Shown one piece after another: positions 12,741 through 24,494 of a stretch of DNA of 64,000 nt. The stretch is from positions 25,916,001 through 25,980,000 of the forward strand of contig NW_027361731.1 of the NCBI RefSeq assembly GCF_039654945.1, given 5' to 3'. The DNA comes from Dendrobates tinctorius (lineage: Eukaryota). Position numbers and translations under genes: made by a program. Under the pieces are notes generated by a model that saw only the letters and a list, made by a program, of their open reading frames with translations, did not search any database and was not told where the DNA came from. Within the stretch, counting starts at the first letter, position 1, and the number at the start of each line of letters is the position of its first letter.

Positions 12741-12777
12741 CCCCGACGCGCGTTTCGCCCGCTTGCTTCACCGGGGG
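12741..12777 (-). ncRNA. Second hammerhead-like motif in the opposite arm
   Basis: Minus strand CCCCCGGTGAAGCAAGCGGGCGAAACGCGCGTCGGGG; palindromic ACGCGCGT helix III; core box has a 1-nt deletion relative to the other arm. Confidence 0.45.
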
Positions 12778-12815
12778 CCCCCGGAAGAAGCAAGCGGGCG
12801 AAACGTGCGTCGGGG
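12778..12815 (+). ncRNA. Minimal type-I hammerhead-ribozyme-like motif (Penelope type)
   Basis: CCCC-CGGAAGA-A-GC..GC-GAAAC-GTGC-GTC-GGGG: helix I CCCC/GGGG, core box differing from CUGANGA at position 4, GAAA box, GUC triplet. Confidence 0.55.
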
Positions 12816-13345
12816 CGCAGGGTTATCACTGCGGGCTGCAATCACCTCTTTTCCCTTTAGTAAGTACACCTCTCTTAAATCATTGGCATTTATGCGATTT
12901 GCAATATATTTTATTGCGGTATAACTTTATTACATATGGTCAACTATAGGACAAAAGGGCACTTTAGTAATTTAATGCCGTTGGCAAGTGATAATAAGAT
13001 TTTTTGGGCCCTCTGTCTATATGTAAATTGACCTGTTCATTATTCCATTTTATATATTGTATGCTCAAGGGAACTTTACCAACATTTTTTTGAGGTTTTT
13101 GTGATCCTGTATTGTGCTATTCCCCTGGGGTATGTTTGTTTGTAATGAATACAGGTAGCATTTTATGTATTTTAATAGGCTAAATAAAATTATTTGTTAT
13201 CCATTTATGGTTCTCTTCATTAGGAGTCAGTCTAAACACTGTCTTCTTGGTTTATGTTTCCACATCTAGAAGAATATGAGAAGTTTTCTCTCCTCATGTG
13301 TCACCCATCATGAGTGTCTGGTTATGAGTTAGGGTCATGTCAGAC

Positions 13346-14277
13346 CTACCTCGCCTCAGTCTACCACAACCTTACCTGTGCCCTCCACAGCTCAGCACCA
13401 CCCTACATCTCCTCCCTCGCCTCAGTCTATCACCCTTCCTGTGCCCTCCACAGCTCAGCACCACCCTACATCTCCTCCCTCGCCTCAGTCTATCACCCTT
13501 CCCGTGCTCTCCACAGCTCAGCACCACTCTACATCTCTTCCCTCATCTCAGTCTACCACCCTACCCGTGCCCTCAGTTCTGCTGATGACATGAGATTAAC
13601 ATCCTCAATAATCAGAACCCTACCTGTGCCCTCCACAGTTCAGCACCATCCTACAGCTCCTCCCTCTCCTCAATCTACCACCCTTCCCATCCTCTCCGCA
13701 GTTCAGCACCACCCTACATCTCCTCCCTCGTCTCAGTTTACCACCCTACCCGCGCCCTCCGTTCTGCTAATGACCTGAGGTTAACATCCTCATTAATCAG
13801 AACCTCTCACTCCCATCTCAAAGATTTCTCACGTGCTGCGCCAATTCATTGGAATGCACTACCCAGGATAATTCGATTAACCCCCAATACTCACAATTTT
13901 AAGTGTGCCCTAAAAATCCATTTCTTCAGACTGGCCTACCACCTCAACACATTTATCTATCCTTGTGTTGCCCATTCAATATTTTTGACCATAACTAGGT
14001 TCCTTGTATCATGTTCTCTAACCGGTTCATGCAGCATTACATGAACACCCGATTTCCTGCATTATGGGCTGGTAAGCAAATGTTACCATCCACCTTTCGT
14101 GTCTCCCCTTTTCCGCATAGATAGTAAGCTTGCGAGCAGGGCCCTCATTCCTCTTGGTATCTGTTGCTTTATGTGTTTATTGTAATGCTGTAATGTCTAT
14201 TGTCTGTAGAAGTCCTCTCTATAATGTAAAGTGCTGCGGAATATGTTGGCGCTATGGAAATAAAATTATCATTATTA
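13346..14277 (+). mobile_element. L2-clade LINE 3' fragment with local ~60-bp tandem duplications
   Basis: Degenerate C-terminal LINE ORF2-like text (SAPPYISSLISVYHPTRAL...) followed by a 3' end GTAAAGTGCTGCGGAATATGTTGGCGCTAT..AATAAAATTATCATTATT resembling amphibian L2. Confidence 0.7.
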
Positions 14278-15389
14278 TGTGGTCCTCAGACAGAAGAGTT
14301 TCACAATGTAGACATGTCTTCACCGCAGGAGCAATAGAGCGTATACAGTAACTGCAGAAGTTCCTCCCGCCTCCAGAGCTGAATCTCATACTTTGGAAGT
14401 GCTCTAACAAGTTGACTAGCCTCGGGTATCCCCGTGATCTTGATGGTACCATGTTTTGGTGATGCACACGAGGTTGTCTTCTTCACAGTAGTCACTGGTC
14501 GGCATTGGGATGACCACAATGATGGAACTGGAAGGTAGTTAGATGAAGCCTTGGGTCAGAACCAGAAGATTAATCTGATCTGACAATCCAGAAGGGTCAA
14601 ATAATGGCAGAGTCAGAGTTGAAGCCATGAATCAAAACCAGAAAATACTTGGAAGATCGGCAATCTAAAAGGACAAGGCAAAACCTTGGGCAGAACAGGG
14701 TCAAATAAAGGCAGACAACACAGGTATATGAGGCATTAGAGTCAGGGTCTGTTTAGAGACTGATACTCAGGCAATGAGTGAGAGACCTGGCTGGGCTTAC
14801 AGAGCAGACCTTGATGGCATCATCACAAGCATCCCAGGAGTAAGCCTTCTCTTTGCACTTTTGTTGCAGCAATAGGTGGCATGGTGGGGCTAATACCTGC
14901 CTGAACCCCCAGATCCTCAGGTATGGTTTAATATATGTTATATTGGAGTCACTATGATATAATACTACCACAGGAGCTCTCTGTTGTCTTACCCAAGAAC
15001 ATCCAGCATGGACAGGTTAGGTGTATGCTGAGTCACGGCTCTCACAGGCTTCTCTTACGTTTTGGTGGTACAGAGCTCAGTGATGTTATCTGATATAATC
15101 TTGACCCTATTATAACTGATGGAAAACAATATCTTTAATCAACAGCTCCAGGGCTTCAACATTCAAGTGTTATTTCTGGACTCATCCAGTCTTGGATGAC
15201 ATCAAATCTCAGTAGTTCTGGGAGACTATCCGAATTAGCAGTCAAGATCGGGATGGAAGTCTACTGTGTACCTTCTCTAGTGGTCTTTGCAAAGGATGGC
15301 TGACTAAGGTGTAGGGGACCATACTGTCCTACAATGGGGAGATAGTGAACCATGGTAGCCAATGGCCTGCTGCTCCAACTCCAAAACCA

Positions 15390-18300
15390 CCATGTGTGAG
15401 AGGTGCATTTTGGTGGAAAGTTTATTAACCTTTCAGGTGCTTCACAGGAATTTTTTGAATGTTTAAAAAAAATGAACATTTAACTTTTTTTCACCCAAAA
15501 AATACTTCAGGTTCAATTTTTTTATTTTACCATGGGTAAGAGGAGAAATTGGACTGCAAAAGTTATTGTGCAATTTGTCCTGAGTACGCTGATACCTGAT
15601 ATGTGGGGGGGGGGAACCACTGTTTTGGCGCATGGCAGACCTCAGAAGGGAAGGAGCGCCGTTTGACTTTTTCACTGCAAAATTGGCTGGAATTCAGATC
15701 GGATGCCATGTCAAGTTTGTAGAGCCCCTGATGTACCTAAACAGTGGAAACCCCCCACAAGTGACCCCATTTTGGAAACTAGACCCCCCAAGGAACTTAT
15801 CTAGATGTGTGGTGAGAACTTTGAACCCCCAGGGGCTTCACAGAAGTTTATAACGTGCAGCCGTACAATTAAAAAATCATATTTTTTCCACAAAAATTAT
15901 CTTTTCACCCCCAATTGTTGTTTTCCCAAGAGTAACAGGACCCCAAAAGTTATTGTGCAACTTGTCCTGAGTACGCTGATACCCCATGTGTGGGTGTAAA
16001 TGACTATTTGGGCGCATAGCAGAGCTCGGAAGGGAAGCAGCGCCATTTGACTTTTTTGGCTGGAATTGAGATCGGACGCCATGTCACGTTTGGAAAGCCC
16101 CTGATGTGCCAAAACAGTGGAAACCCCCAATTCTAACTCCAACCCTAACCCCAACACACCCCTAACCCTAATCTCAGCCCTAACCCTAGCCCTAACCCTA
16201 ACCCTAGCCCTAGAATCATAGAATCGTAAAGTTGGAAGGAACCTCCTGGGCCATCTGGTCCAACCCCCTGCTCAAAGCAGGATTCGCTAAATCATCCCAG
16301 TCAGATGTCTGTCCAGCCTCTGTTTGAAGACATCCATTGAAGGAGAACTCACCACTTCTCGTGGCAGCTTGTTCCACTCATTGATCACTCTAACTGTCAA
16401 AAAGTTTTTTCTAATATCTAATCTGTGTCTCCTCCCATTCAGCTTCATCCCATTGCTTCTAGTCTTTCCTTGTGCAAATGAGAATAAAGTTGATCCTTCT
16501 ACAATGTGACAGCCCTTTAGATATTTGTAGACAGCTATTAAGTCTCCTCTCAGTCTTCTCTTTTGCAAACTAAACATTCCCAAATCCTGCAACCTTTCCT
16601 CATAAGACAGGGTTTGCAGACCGGTCACCATTCTGGTCGCTCTTTTCTGAACTTGCTCCAGTTTGTTGATGTCTTTTTTAAAATGTGGTGCCCAAAACTG
16701 GACACAATATTCCAGATGAGGTCTGACCAAAGAGGAGTAGAGGGAAATAATGACTTCACGTGATCTAGACTGTATGCTTCTGTTAATACATCCTAGAATT
16801 GCATTTGCTTTTTTTGCTGCTGCATCACACTGTTGACTCATATTCAGTCTGTGATCTATTAGTATACCCAAGTCTTTTTCACATGTGCTGTCACTTAGCA
16901 CTATTCCTCCCATTCTATATATGCTTTTTCCATTTTTATTGCCCAGATGTAGTACTTTGCATTTCTCCCTGTTAAAAACCATTCTGTTAGTTGCTGCCCA
17001 CTTCTCCAGTTTATTTAAATCTTTTTGAATCCTCTCTCTCTCTTCTCTAGTATTAGCTATCCCTCCTAGCTTTGTGTCATCAGCAAATTTAATCAGTTTA
17101 CCCTCAATTCCTTCATCTAAATCGTTGATAAAGATGTTGAACAATACAGGGCCCAGGACAGAGCCCTGTGGTACCCCACTTGAGACATTCTTCCAACTGG
17201 ATGTGCAGCCATTTACGACCACTCTTTGGGTCCGATCACTAAGCCAGTTATGAATCCACCTAACAGTTGCCTTGTCCATTCCATACTCCCTAACCCTAGC
17301 CCTAATGGGAAAATGGAAATAAATACATTTTTTTTATTTTATTATTTTTCCCTAACTAAGGGGGTGATAACGGGGGGTTTGATTTACTATTCATGGCGAT
17401 TTTTATGTTTGGCAGCTGTTGCACGCTAAAAGATGCTTTTTATTGTAAAAATAGTTTTTGCATCACCACATATTGAGAGCTATAATTTTTCCATATTTTG
17501 ACCCACCGAGTCATGTGAGGTCTTATTTTTTGCGGGACGAGTTGACGTTTTTATTGGTATCATGTTCGGGCACGTGACATCTTTTGATCGCTTTTTATTC
17601 CGATTTTTGGGACGCAGAATGAACAAAAACCAGCGTTTCATGAATTTCTTTTGGGGGGTTGCGTTTACACCGTTCCGCGTGCGGTAAAATTGATAAAGCG
17701 GTTTTATTCTTCGGGTCAGTACAGTTACAGCGATACCTCATTTAGGTCTTTTTTTTATGTTTTGGCGCTTTTATGCAACGAAAACAATTTTGTATAAAAA
17801 ATAATTATTTTTGCATCACTTTATTCTGCGAGCTATAACTCTTTATTTTTTCGCTGATGATGCTGTATGGTGGCTCGCTTTTTGCGGGACAAGATGATGT
17901 TTTCAGCGGTACCATGGATATTTATATGCGTCTTTTTGATCGCGCGTTATTACACTTTTTGTTCGGCGGTCTGATGATAAAGTTTTATTTTTTGCTTCGT
18001 TTTTTATTTTTATTTTTTAAAGGGTTCAATAAAGGGGTTAACTAGTGTGACAGTTTTATAGGTCGGGTCGTTACGGACGCGGCGATACCAAATATGTGTA
18101 CTTTTGTTGTTTTTTTTATTTTCAAAAAATGAATTTATTAGGGAATTTTTTTTTTTTTTTTATTTACCGATTTTTTTTTTTATAAATTATTTTTACACTT
18201 TTTTTTTTTTTTTACTTCATTACAATGTCCCAGGTGGGACATCACTGTCACGTGACAGATCGCTGATCTGTCACATCACAGATCGCTGTGACAGATCAGC

Positions 18301-18722
18301 GATCTGTCACAGGCACTGCAGCAGACTTCCTCATGTCGGCGCTTTGCAGGCATGAGGAAGCCGCCTCACTGCAGGCCCCCGAAGGTCCCCGCCGCCATTT
18401 TGGATTCGGGGACCTGCAGGGAAGGCGACCCCCGCAGCGGCACTGCACATCGCGCTGCTGTGGGGGGCTCAGGGAAGCACGGAGGGAGCCCCCTCCCTGC
18501 CAATGCTTCCCTAAACCCCTGGTACACTGCGATCGTGTTTGATCGCAGTGTGCCAGGGGTTACCGTGTCGGGGGCGGTCCGTGATAATCAGCTTACACCC
18601 GGCCGCGATCAGCTGCGCTCCCCCCTTGAGCGCAGCTTATCCCTCTAGACGTACTATTCCGTCCTTGGGAATTAGGTCCCAGGTCACATGGACGGAATAG
18701 TACGTCTAATGTAGGAAAGGGG
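15390..18722. mobile_element. Non-autonomous TTAA-targeting DNA transposon (piggyBac-like), left end not found; hosts the CR1 insertion
   Basis: Right terminus ...GGAAAGGGG|TTAA (18723-18726); subterminal inverted repeat GACGTACTATTCCGTCC/GGACGGAATAGTACGTC (18648-18706); internal duplicated ~370-bp blocks at ~15560 and ~15945. Left coordinate is approximate. Confidence 0.5.
16213..17287 (-). mobile_element. 5'-truncated CR1 LINE (C-terminal 330 aa of ORF2 open) with 17-bp TSD
   Basis: SGVPQGSVLGPVLFNIFINDLD, KFADDTKL, LVRPHLEYCVQFWAP; CR1 3' tail ..GATTCTATGATTCTA; CCCTAACCCTAGCCCTA at 16196-16212 and 17288-17304. Confidence 0.95.
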
Positions 18723-19754
18723 TTAAGGTTGACTGAAGCACTGACAGGAGAGCAAACAATAAGTTGCCCAAGGCAAAGAATTCAGTAAAGTAAATAGATA
18801 TCATGCAGATACCTAATGCCCCTCCTATTAAAGGGTGTTTCATCTTATTTAACCTATTAAATAAAACATTTAAAAAAAATGATGTGGGATCCCCGCTATT
18901 TGTGATAACCAGCAAAGGTAAAGCAGAAAGCTTATAAGGCTGAGAATGACCCTGGTTAATGTCCCCTTTCCAGCCTAAAAATACCATCCCACAGCCACCC
19001 TAGAAGTGGTCATCACGTGACATACTCCAATTCTGGCTCTTCCCGATTGTTCTGGTGCGGTGATTTTTTGCCAAACTACAGCTGCCATCAACCCCAAGCC
19101 ACATTACCCTACTGCCACTGCACCAGTGCGTTCGGGAAGAGCCAGGAAAAGCGCCAGAATTGGAGCATCTAATGTTATGCTCCACTTTTGGGGCAGCTGA
19201 GGGCTCATATTTTTAGGCTGGGAAGGGGCCAATAACCATGGATCTTCCAAGCCTGATAATATAAGCTGACTGATGAACGCAGCCTTAGATGTCGACCCTC
19301 ATTTAGAAGACAATGAATACTGGAGTAATGGATACTGTTTATTGGGAAATTGTAATTTACACGTAACATCTCTCTCACCAAATGGAATCAGTGGTCCTTG
19401 GTCTTTTTGGGTCATTTGCTCTATTTTCAAAAAATAAAGCCAATCTGATGTAACGTGGGGCTAAAGTTGTGTCAAAAATCCACTTAATGTCTTAGAAAGT
19501 TGAGAATTGGCAATCAGCACCAGTCAGATATGGGCCTACTGGGCTTCAGGTCAGATGATATTCTGGATAAACATGTTCTTCACCTGCTAAGTATATGGTG
19601 GGATGGAAAGGCTACCCATTGTGACATTGCAAACCAAGGACCAACATTTGAGTGGTATGTCATCCATCTGTTAGAAAAGACGGAAGAACTTGGCTCTAGA
19701 TCATATTACTTCTCAATAACATGGACAAAAAAATCCAGTTAATCAGTCAAATTG

Positions 19755-21326
19755 TTAGTTTGCGATAGTCACAGAACCTTGGAAAAGGCTGATGAGGACA
19801 TGGAGGGGCTCCGAGAAGGTAGCGGTGAAGGTGTGAAGGTGTTTGATGGGGTCACACAGCTTATAAAAGGACAACTGCCCGGCCTCGTAGTCCAGATACA
19901 CCCTGAATTTATGGCTGGTAATTCTGTGACCTACCTGGGTGTTACAATTGTTATGTTTTAGATTATATTCCTGATTGCTCCTCCGCAGACACCAGGATTT
20001 CTCATTCTGACCACTCAGGAAATGGTCACCTCCTCTACTAATACTGGGATAACACATACCGACTCTCCAGCAATTGGAATCATTGGTGTCCACTTCAAAG
20101 AAATGTTGTCCAGTAGAGAAGCTCCTCGAGCTTAGAACTTGATAGCCAAAAAACCTCTTAGGTGTTTTGTCACGATTCTGGTTGACCTTTAACTTGGAGG
20201 CTGTTTTCAAGTCATCAGATAGAAGTATATCATTCGCGGCTGTACTTATATCCAGTACTATGTCTGTCGAGGTTTGCAGATACAGTCCTGTCCTCACATG
20301 TCTTATCATATCGGACAGTGAGTGTAATGACTTAGTGATCAGAACCATGTTTGGATCCTGTACAATCTGCTCTTTCTTGCGATCTTCCCACCAGTCATCA
20401 TCTCCTGCCTCTTCTGTATCTCAGAAGTCATCCCTCTCCGATTCCTGCTCTCGTAGGATAGTTAACGGATCAGTCGTGTGGCACAGTTTCTCGATGTGAG
20501 CCAACTTCTTGGACAACTCGGCCTTCTCCTCTTCCACCTGATGGATCAGTTTTGAGAATGAAGCTGACACCTGTTCCTCCTGCGTGGAGATCTCATTCAT
20601 GACCTTCTTTTCCAGATCATCCAGGTGTCTCCTGAGGTCTCTGAATAGGTCCAAGACTTTCTCGGTAAGACCAGCTGCTTTTTTCTTCTCAATTTTACTG
20701 CGCTCTTGTAGACTCTTAAATCTTTTCTCAGTTTTCTCTTTCTTAGATGTCAGTGTGTCCAGAACTTTTCTCAGTCTTTCTTTCTTTTTTGTAGACGCCT
20801 CATCAAGCATCTCCAGCTTATGTCCTCGATGCAATCTAGCTGAGCAATATACACATATACAGGCCGCGTCCTCAAAGCAGTAATACTCCAAGATCTTCTT
20901 ATGGATGGAACATTTTATGCTCTCTGGGTTAGTAATGAGGTCAGATAGGACGTGTTCTGGAGTCTTCCTGTGGGCTAAGAGGTGGTCCTCACACAGAGAA
21001 GCTTCACAATGCAGACAGGATTTAAGAGCAGGAACCTGGGAATGAAGGCAGTAGCTGCAGAAGACTCCAGGCATCAGTTCTGGCAAAGTAGGCCGGAAAC
21101 GCTCTGCGATGTTACGTAGAGTGATGTTCCTGAGCAGCGCAGGACGCTCTGGAAACTCTGCTCTGCATTCAGGACAGGCCCAAACTCCTGCTTGGCCCTG
21201 TGTGGCCAGCACCCGACTGATACAGGCCTGGCAAAAGTTGTGTCCACAGCTCAGGGTGACAGGATCCGTGTAGATGTTCAGGCAGATGGAGCAACTTAGA
21301 TCGTCCCTGAGATCAATGGAGGACAT
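19755..21326 (-). pseudogene. Intronless TRIM (RING, B-boxes, coiled coil, PRY/SPRY) with one in-frame TGA at 20421-20423
   Basis: ORFs 20421-21326 and 19755-20348 are in the same frame and the 24 codons between them are open. RING CSICLNIYTDPVTLSCGHNFC..CPEC; SPRY VYLDYEAGQLSFY. Confidence 0.88.
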
Positions 21327-22136
21327 TGTGGAATCTAGGAGCTACAGGAGGCGCTTCTGGTGGACAATCACAGGAAATAATCTTCCTGAAAGTTGGGAGG
21401 AGGAGACTGAAAAAAATCTGTCTAGCAGAGGAAACCACCCAAAAGGCTGGAGGTTTGTACTGAGCCATAAAGTGAGTCACTGTTCCATAGTGACTTTTAG
21501 GATTGCTACTTCCAATAGGTGGCACTACAGATCTTGTCCTCTTCCTCTCTGAAGAGTCAATTTGAATGTTAAAAACAATTCACAAAGAAATGCTGCGCTC
21601 CTCTCCAAGGAGGAAAATGTTTCCAGTCCTAAGGCCTCTTGCACACATCAGTTTTTTGGCGTCAGTCGAAATCCGTTGTTTTTAGAAAAAAACGGATCCT
21701 GCGTTTCGTCCGTCGTGTGCTGGATCCGTTTTTTTCTCATAGACTTTTATTTGTGACGGACGGCCGCACGTTTCATCCGTCGTGTGCTGGATCCGTCGGA
21801 ATTTGTCCGTCGTCTGTAGCGTTTTTTGTCTGCGTCGAAAAGTCGGACAGCGGCGGATCCAGCGCCGTCCGTCGTTGGCTATAATGGAAGCCTATGGGCG
21901 CAGGATCCGTCGCTGTCTGACAAATGACGGAATCCAGCGACGGATTCCGTTTTTTTTAACTGAGAGCATGCTCCAAATAGCTACTTGGCCAGACAGCCCC
22001 AAATCTATATAAACCTGAAGGTGGCTTCACTTCTCAATGTGCCAGCAAGACGACTGCCAGCAAGAATATGTCCTGCCAGCCAGAGTCCTGCCAGCCAGTC
22101 AGTATGAGTCCTGCAAGTCAGTATGAGTCCTGCCAG

Positions 22137-22980
22137 CGTGTGCGCGGCGTGTGTGTGAGTGCGGCGTGTGTGTGTGTGTGGCGTGTGTGTGAGTGCGGCG
22201 TGTGTGTGTGTGGCATGTGTCCAGCCATGTTTTTTGTGTGTGAGTGCGGTGTGTGTGTGGCGTGTGTGTGAGTGTGGCGTGTGTGTGGTGTGTGTGAGGT
22301 GTGTGTGTGTGGCGTGTGTGTGAGTGTGGCGTGTGTGTGAGTGTGGCGTGTGTGTGAGTGTGGCGTGTGTGTGAGTGCGGCGTGTGTGTGAGTGCGGCGT
22401 GTGTGTGAGTGCGGCGTGTGTGTGAGTGCGGTGTGTGTGTGAGTGTGGCGTGTGTGGCGTGTGTGTGAGTGTGGCGTGTGTGTGAGTGCGGCGTGTGTGT
22501 GAGTGCGGCGTGTGTGTGAGTGCGGCGTGTGTGTGAGTGCGGCGTGTGTGTGAGTGCGGCGTGTGTGTGAGTGCGGCGTGTGTGGCGTGTGTGTGAGTGT
22601 GGCATGTGTCCAGCCATGTTTTTTGTGTATGAGTGCGGTGTGTGTGTGGCGTGTGTGTGAGTGCAGCGTGTGTGTGAGTGTGGCGTGTGTCCAGCCATGT
22701 TTTTTGTGTGTGAGTGCGGCATGTGTGTGAGTGCGGCGTGTGTGTGAGTGCGGTGTGTGTGTGAGTGTGGCGTGTGTGGCGTGTGTGTGAGTGTGGCATG
22801 TGTCCAGCCATGTTTTTTGTGTATGAGTGCGGTGTGTGTGTGGCGTGTGTGTGAGTGCGGCGTGTGTGTGAGTGTGGCGTGTGTCCAGCCATGTTTTTTG
22901 TGTGTGAGTGCGGCGTGTGTGTGAGTGCGGCGTGTGTGTGAGTGCGGCGTGTGTGTGAGTGCGGCGTGTGTCCAGCCATG
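22137..22980. repeat. GT-rich compound minisatellite (GTGTGTGTGAGTGCGGC-like, ~17 bp) inside the Harbinger element
   Basis: Directly visible; source of the His/Thr-rich spurious ORFs. Confidence 0.95.
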
Positions 22981-24282
22981 TTTTTTTTTTATTTTTCATT
23001 TACTGTACTTGTATTTACAGTAAAGAGCAGTGTAGCTCCCTCCTACTTGCTTTCACCAAAAGTAAAAAAAAAAGTTAAAAAAAAATTAAAACTTGCTTCA
23101 AAACCTGTCTGTGTTATCATTCCACCAAGGTCACTATAAAATTGTGGGTATGTCACACAGGAGAGCACAACATCCAATACAGAAGTGTTTGAGGTTATAT
23201 TTTTTTAAAGAAAGGTGTATACAAATGGGGAATGAAGAAATTCGGTGTATTAAAATTTTAGCTAGGTTTTTAAAACATTGCATCTGGGGTCAATAGATTT
23301 TCAAGAGGGGGGGTTTAGGTATTTAAAGTTGGAAGGGGTGTAGGTGTTTGCAAGGTATAGGTTGTTTTTTTTGGGGGGGAATACAGGAGGTGAAGGGTTT
23401 GCCAGCTTGCGCATTGCGCATATCAAGTTGGATGGAGGGTATTAACCGTTAAATTAGAGAGGGGGGTGAACCTACTGAAGTACTTTGCATTTTTTGTTTT
23501 GGGGGGTATAGGGGGATTTTTTTGGGGGGAGAGGGGTTGAAATCAAAATAGCTCTGTAGCTACCTTTGTTATTTTCTAATTCAGTGGACAACACAGAAGT
23601 AGTCAGTATAATACCTAACAAGTGTCTTTATACTTGCAGATACTAAAAGAATTTTCTGGTTGAAAGCCAGGACCCAAGCCAGGGAAGCAGAGGGAGTCGA
23701 GACGTAGGTATAAAGGCCAGAAAGCTTGATATATAATTTGTATAGTAGCGAACAATTGTCTTAATACTTGCAGATCCTTCAAGACAACAGGCAATGTCTT
23801 CTTCTGGGAGCCCCCCCTCACAGCGTCGGTGAACTGAGGTAATTAACATTTTTATTTTTTGTGATTGTAACATTTTTTGTAACCCTGTATGTATTCATTC
23901 TGTTTTCAGCTGAAGCATCATAGGGGCTTCCAGAAGGAGACAAACGGGGTGGAGAAATGCCAGGAGCGGGCGCGCAGAGTGTAAGTTTTGCAGAAACTGA
24001 TTCTACAGACATCACAGTGCACCCAACACATAACAAACAGACATCACAGTACACACAATGCATATGCCGCCATCCAAGCACATATTTTTTTTTTTATAGT
24101 CTTCACATTCTGGGGCTAGGCCTAGAGGTTCTCCAAGAACCTTCCAGGGTCGTCAACATGAGCGTTGCGGCGGTCAGCATAGAGTAAGTACCCTTTTTTT
24201 CTTTTTCGGTTGCTTTATTATTTTTTTTAGTTCATGGGGATGGTTTAAGTTTAATGTGTTTGATTTTTTCTTTTTTTCACAG

Positions 24283-24494
24283 GCTTCACAGCGTGCTCCC
24301 GAATCAGACAGTGAGGAGGCTGGAATGGATGTTGACCACCTCATCAACGAAATACGAGAGCAGGAGCTGCTGTGGAACATGGTGGACTGCCACCATGCTG
24401 AACTTGTCATCACCCGTCGGCTCTGGGAGGAAGTTTGTTCCACAGTTGTGGACGACTGGGAGGGCCTCGGACCTCGGGCCCGGGATCAAGCGCG
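24283..24494 (+). pseudogene. Harbinger MADF/Myb-SANT-like DNA-binding protein exon remnant
   Basis: MDVDHLINEIREQELLWNMVDCHHAELVITRRLWEEVC; preceded by a polypyrimidine tract and CAG, followed by GTAAGT. Confidence 0.7.

Larger units (their letters stand above)
12248..13255 (-). mobile_element. Penelope-like element remnant: inverted pair of ~480-bp pseudo-LTR arms plus ~51-bp unpaired tail
   Basis: Near-perfect palindrome 12299-13257 centred at 12777/12778; 13-bp direct repeat GTTTCCACATCTA at 12235-12247 and 13256-13268; hammerhead-like motifs at the centre. Family assignment is by structure only. Confidence 0.7.
11657..14400 (-). pseudogene. Fragmented TRIM (B-box + PRY/SPRY) pseudogene interrupted by two insertions
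   Basis: B-box remnant FCSYCIRSIAPAVKTCLHCETLLSEDH (~14278-14365); PRY start ILLDVETAGNNIDISQDLK split at 12247/13256; SPRY remnants with stops and RIYVDYEAGQLSFYELCEPI at ~11850-11910. No RING seen. Confidence 0.85.

Noticed and set aside
14420-15380. RING-coding part of the shattered TRIM, or an LTR remnant
   Set aside because: No RING cysteine pattern or LTR termini could be supported by eye.
16135-16212. Interstitial telomere or fusion scar
   Set aside because: Short, degenerate CCCTAA/CCCTAG tract lying inside a dispersed transposon.
20421-20423. Selenocysteine or programmed readthrough at the TRIM TGA
   Set aside because: The context TGA-GAT is not the known TGA-CTAG readthrough motif, I identified no SECIS, and the paralogues give no support. 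Not formally excluded without a SECIS search.
22005-22999. His/Thr-rich ORFs
   Set aside because: Translation of a CA-rich minisatellite.
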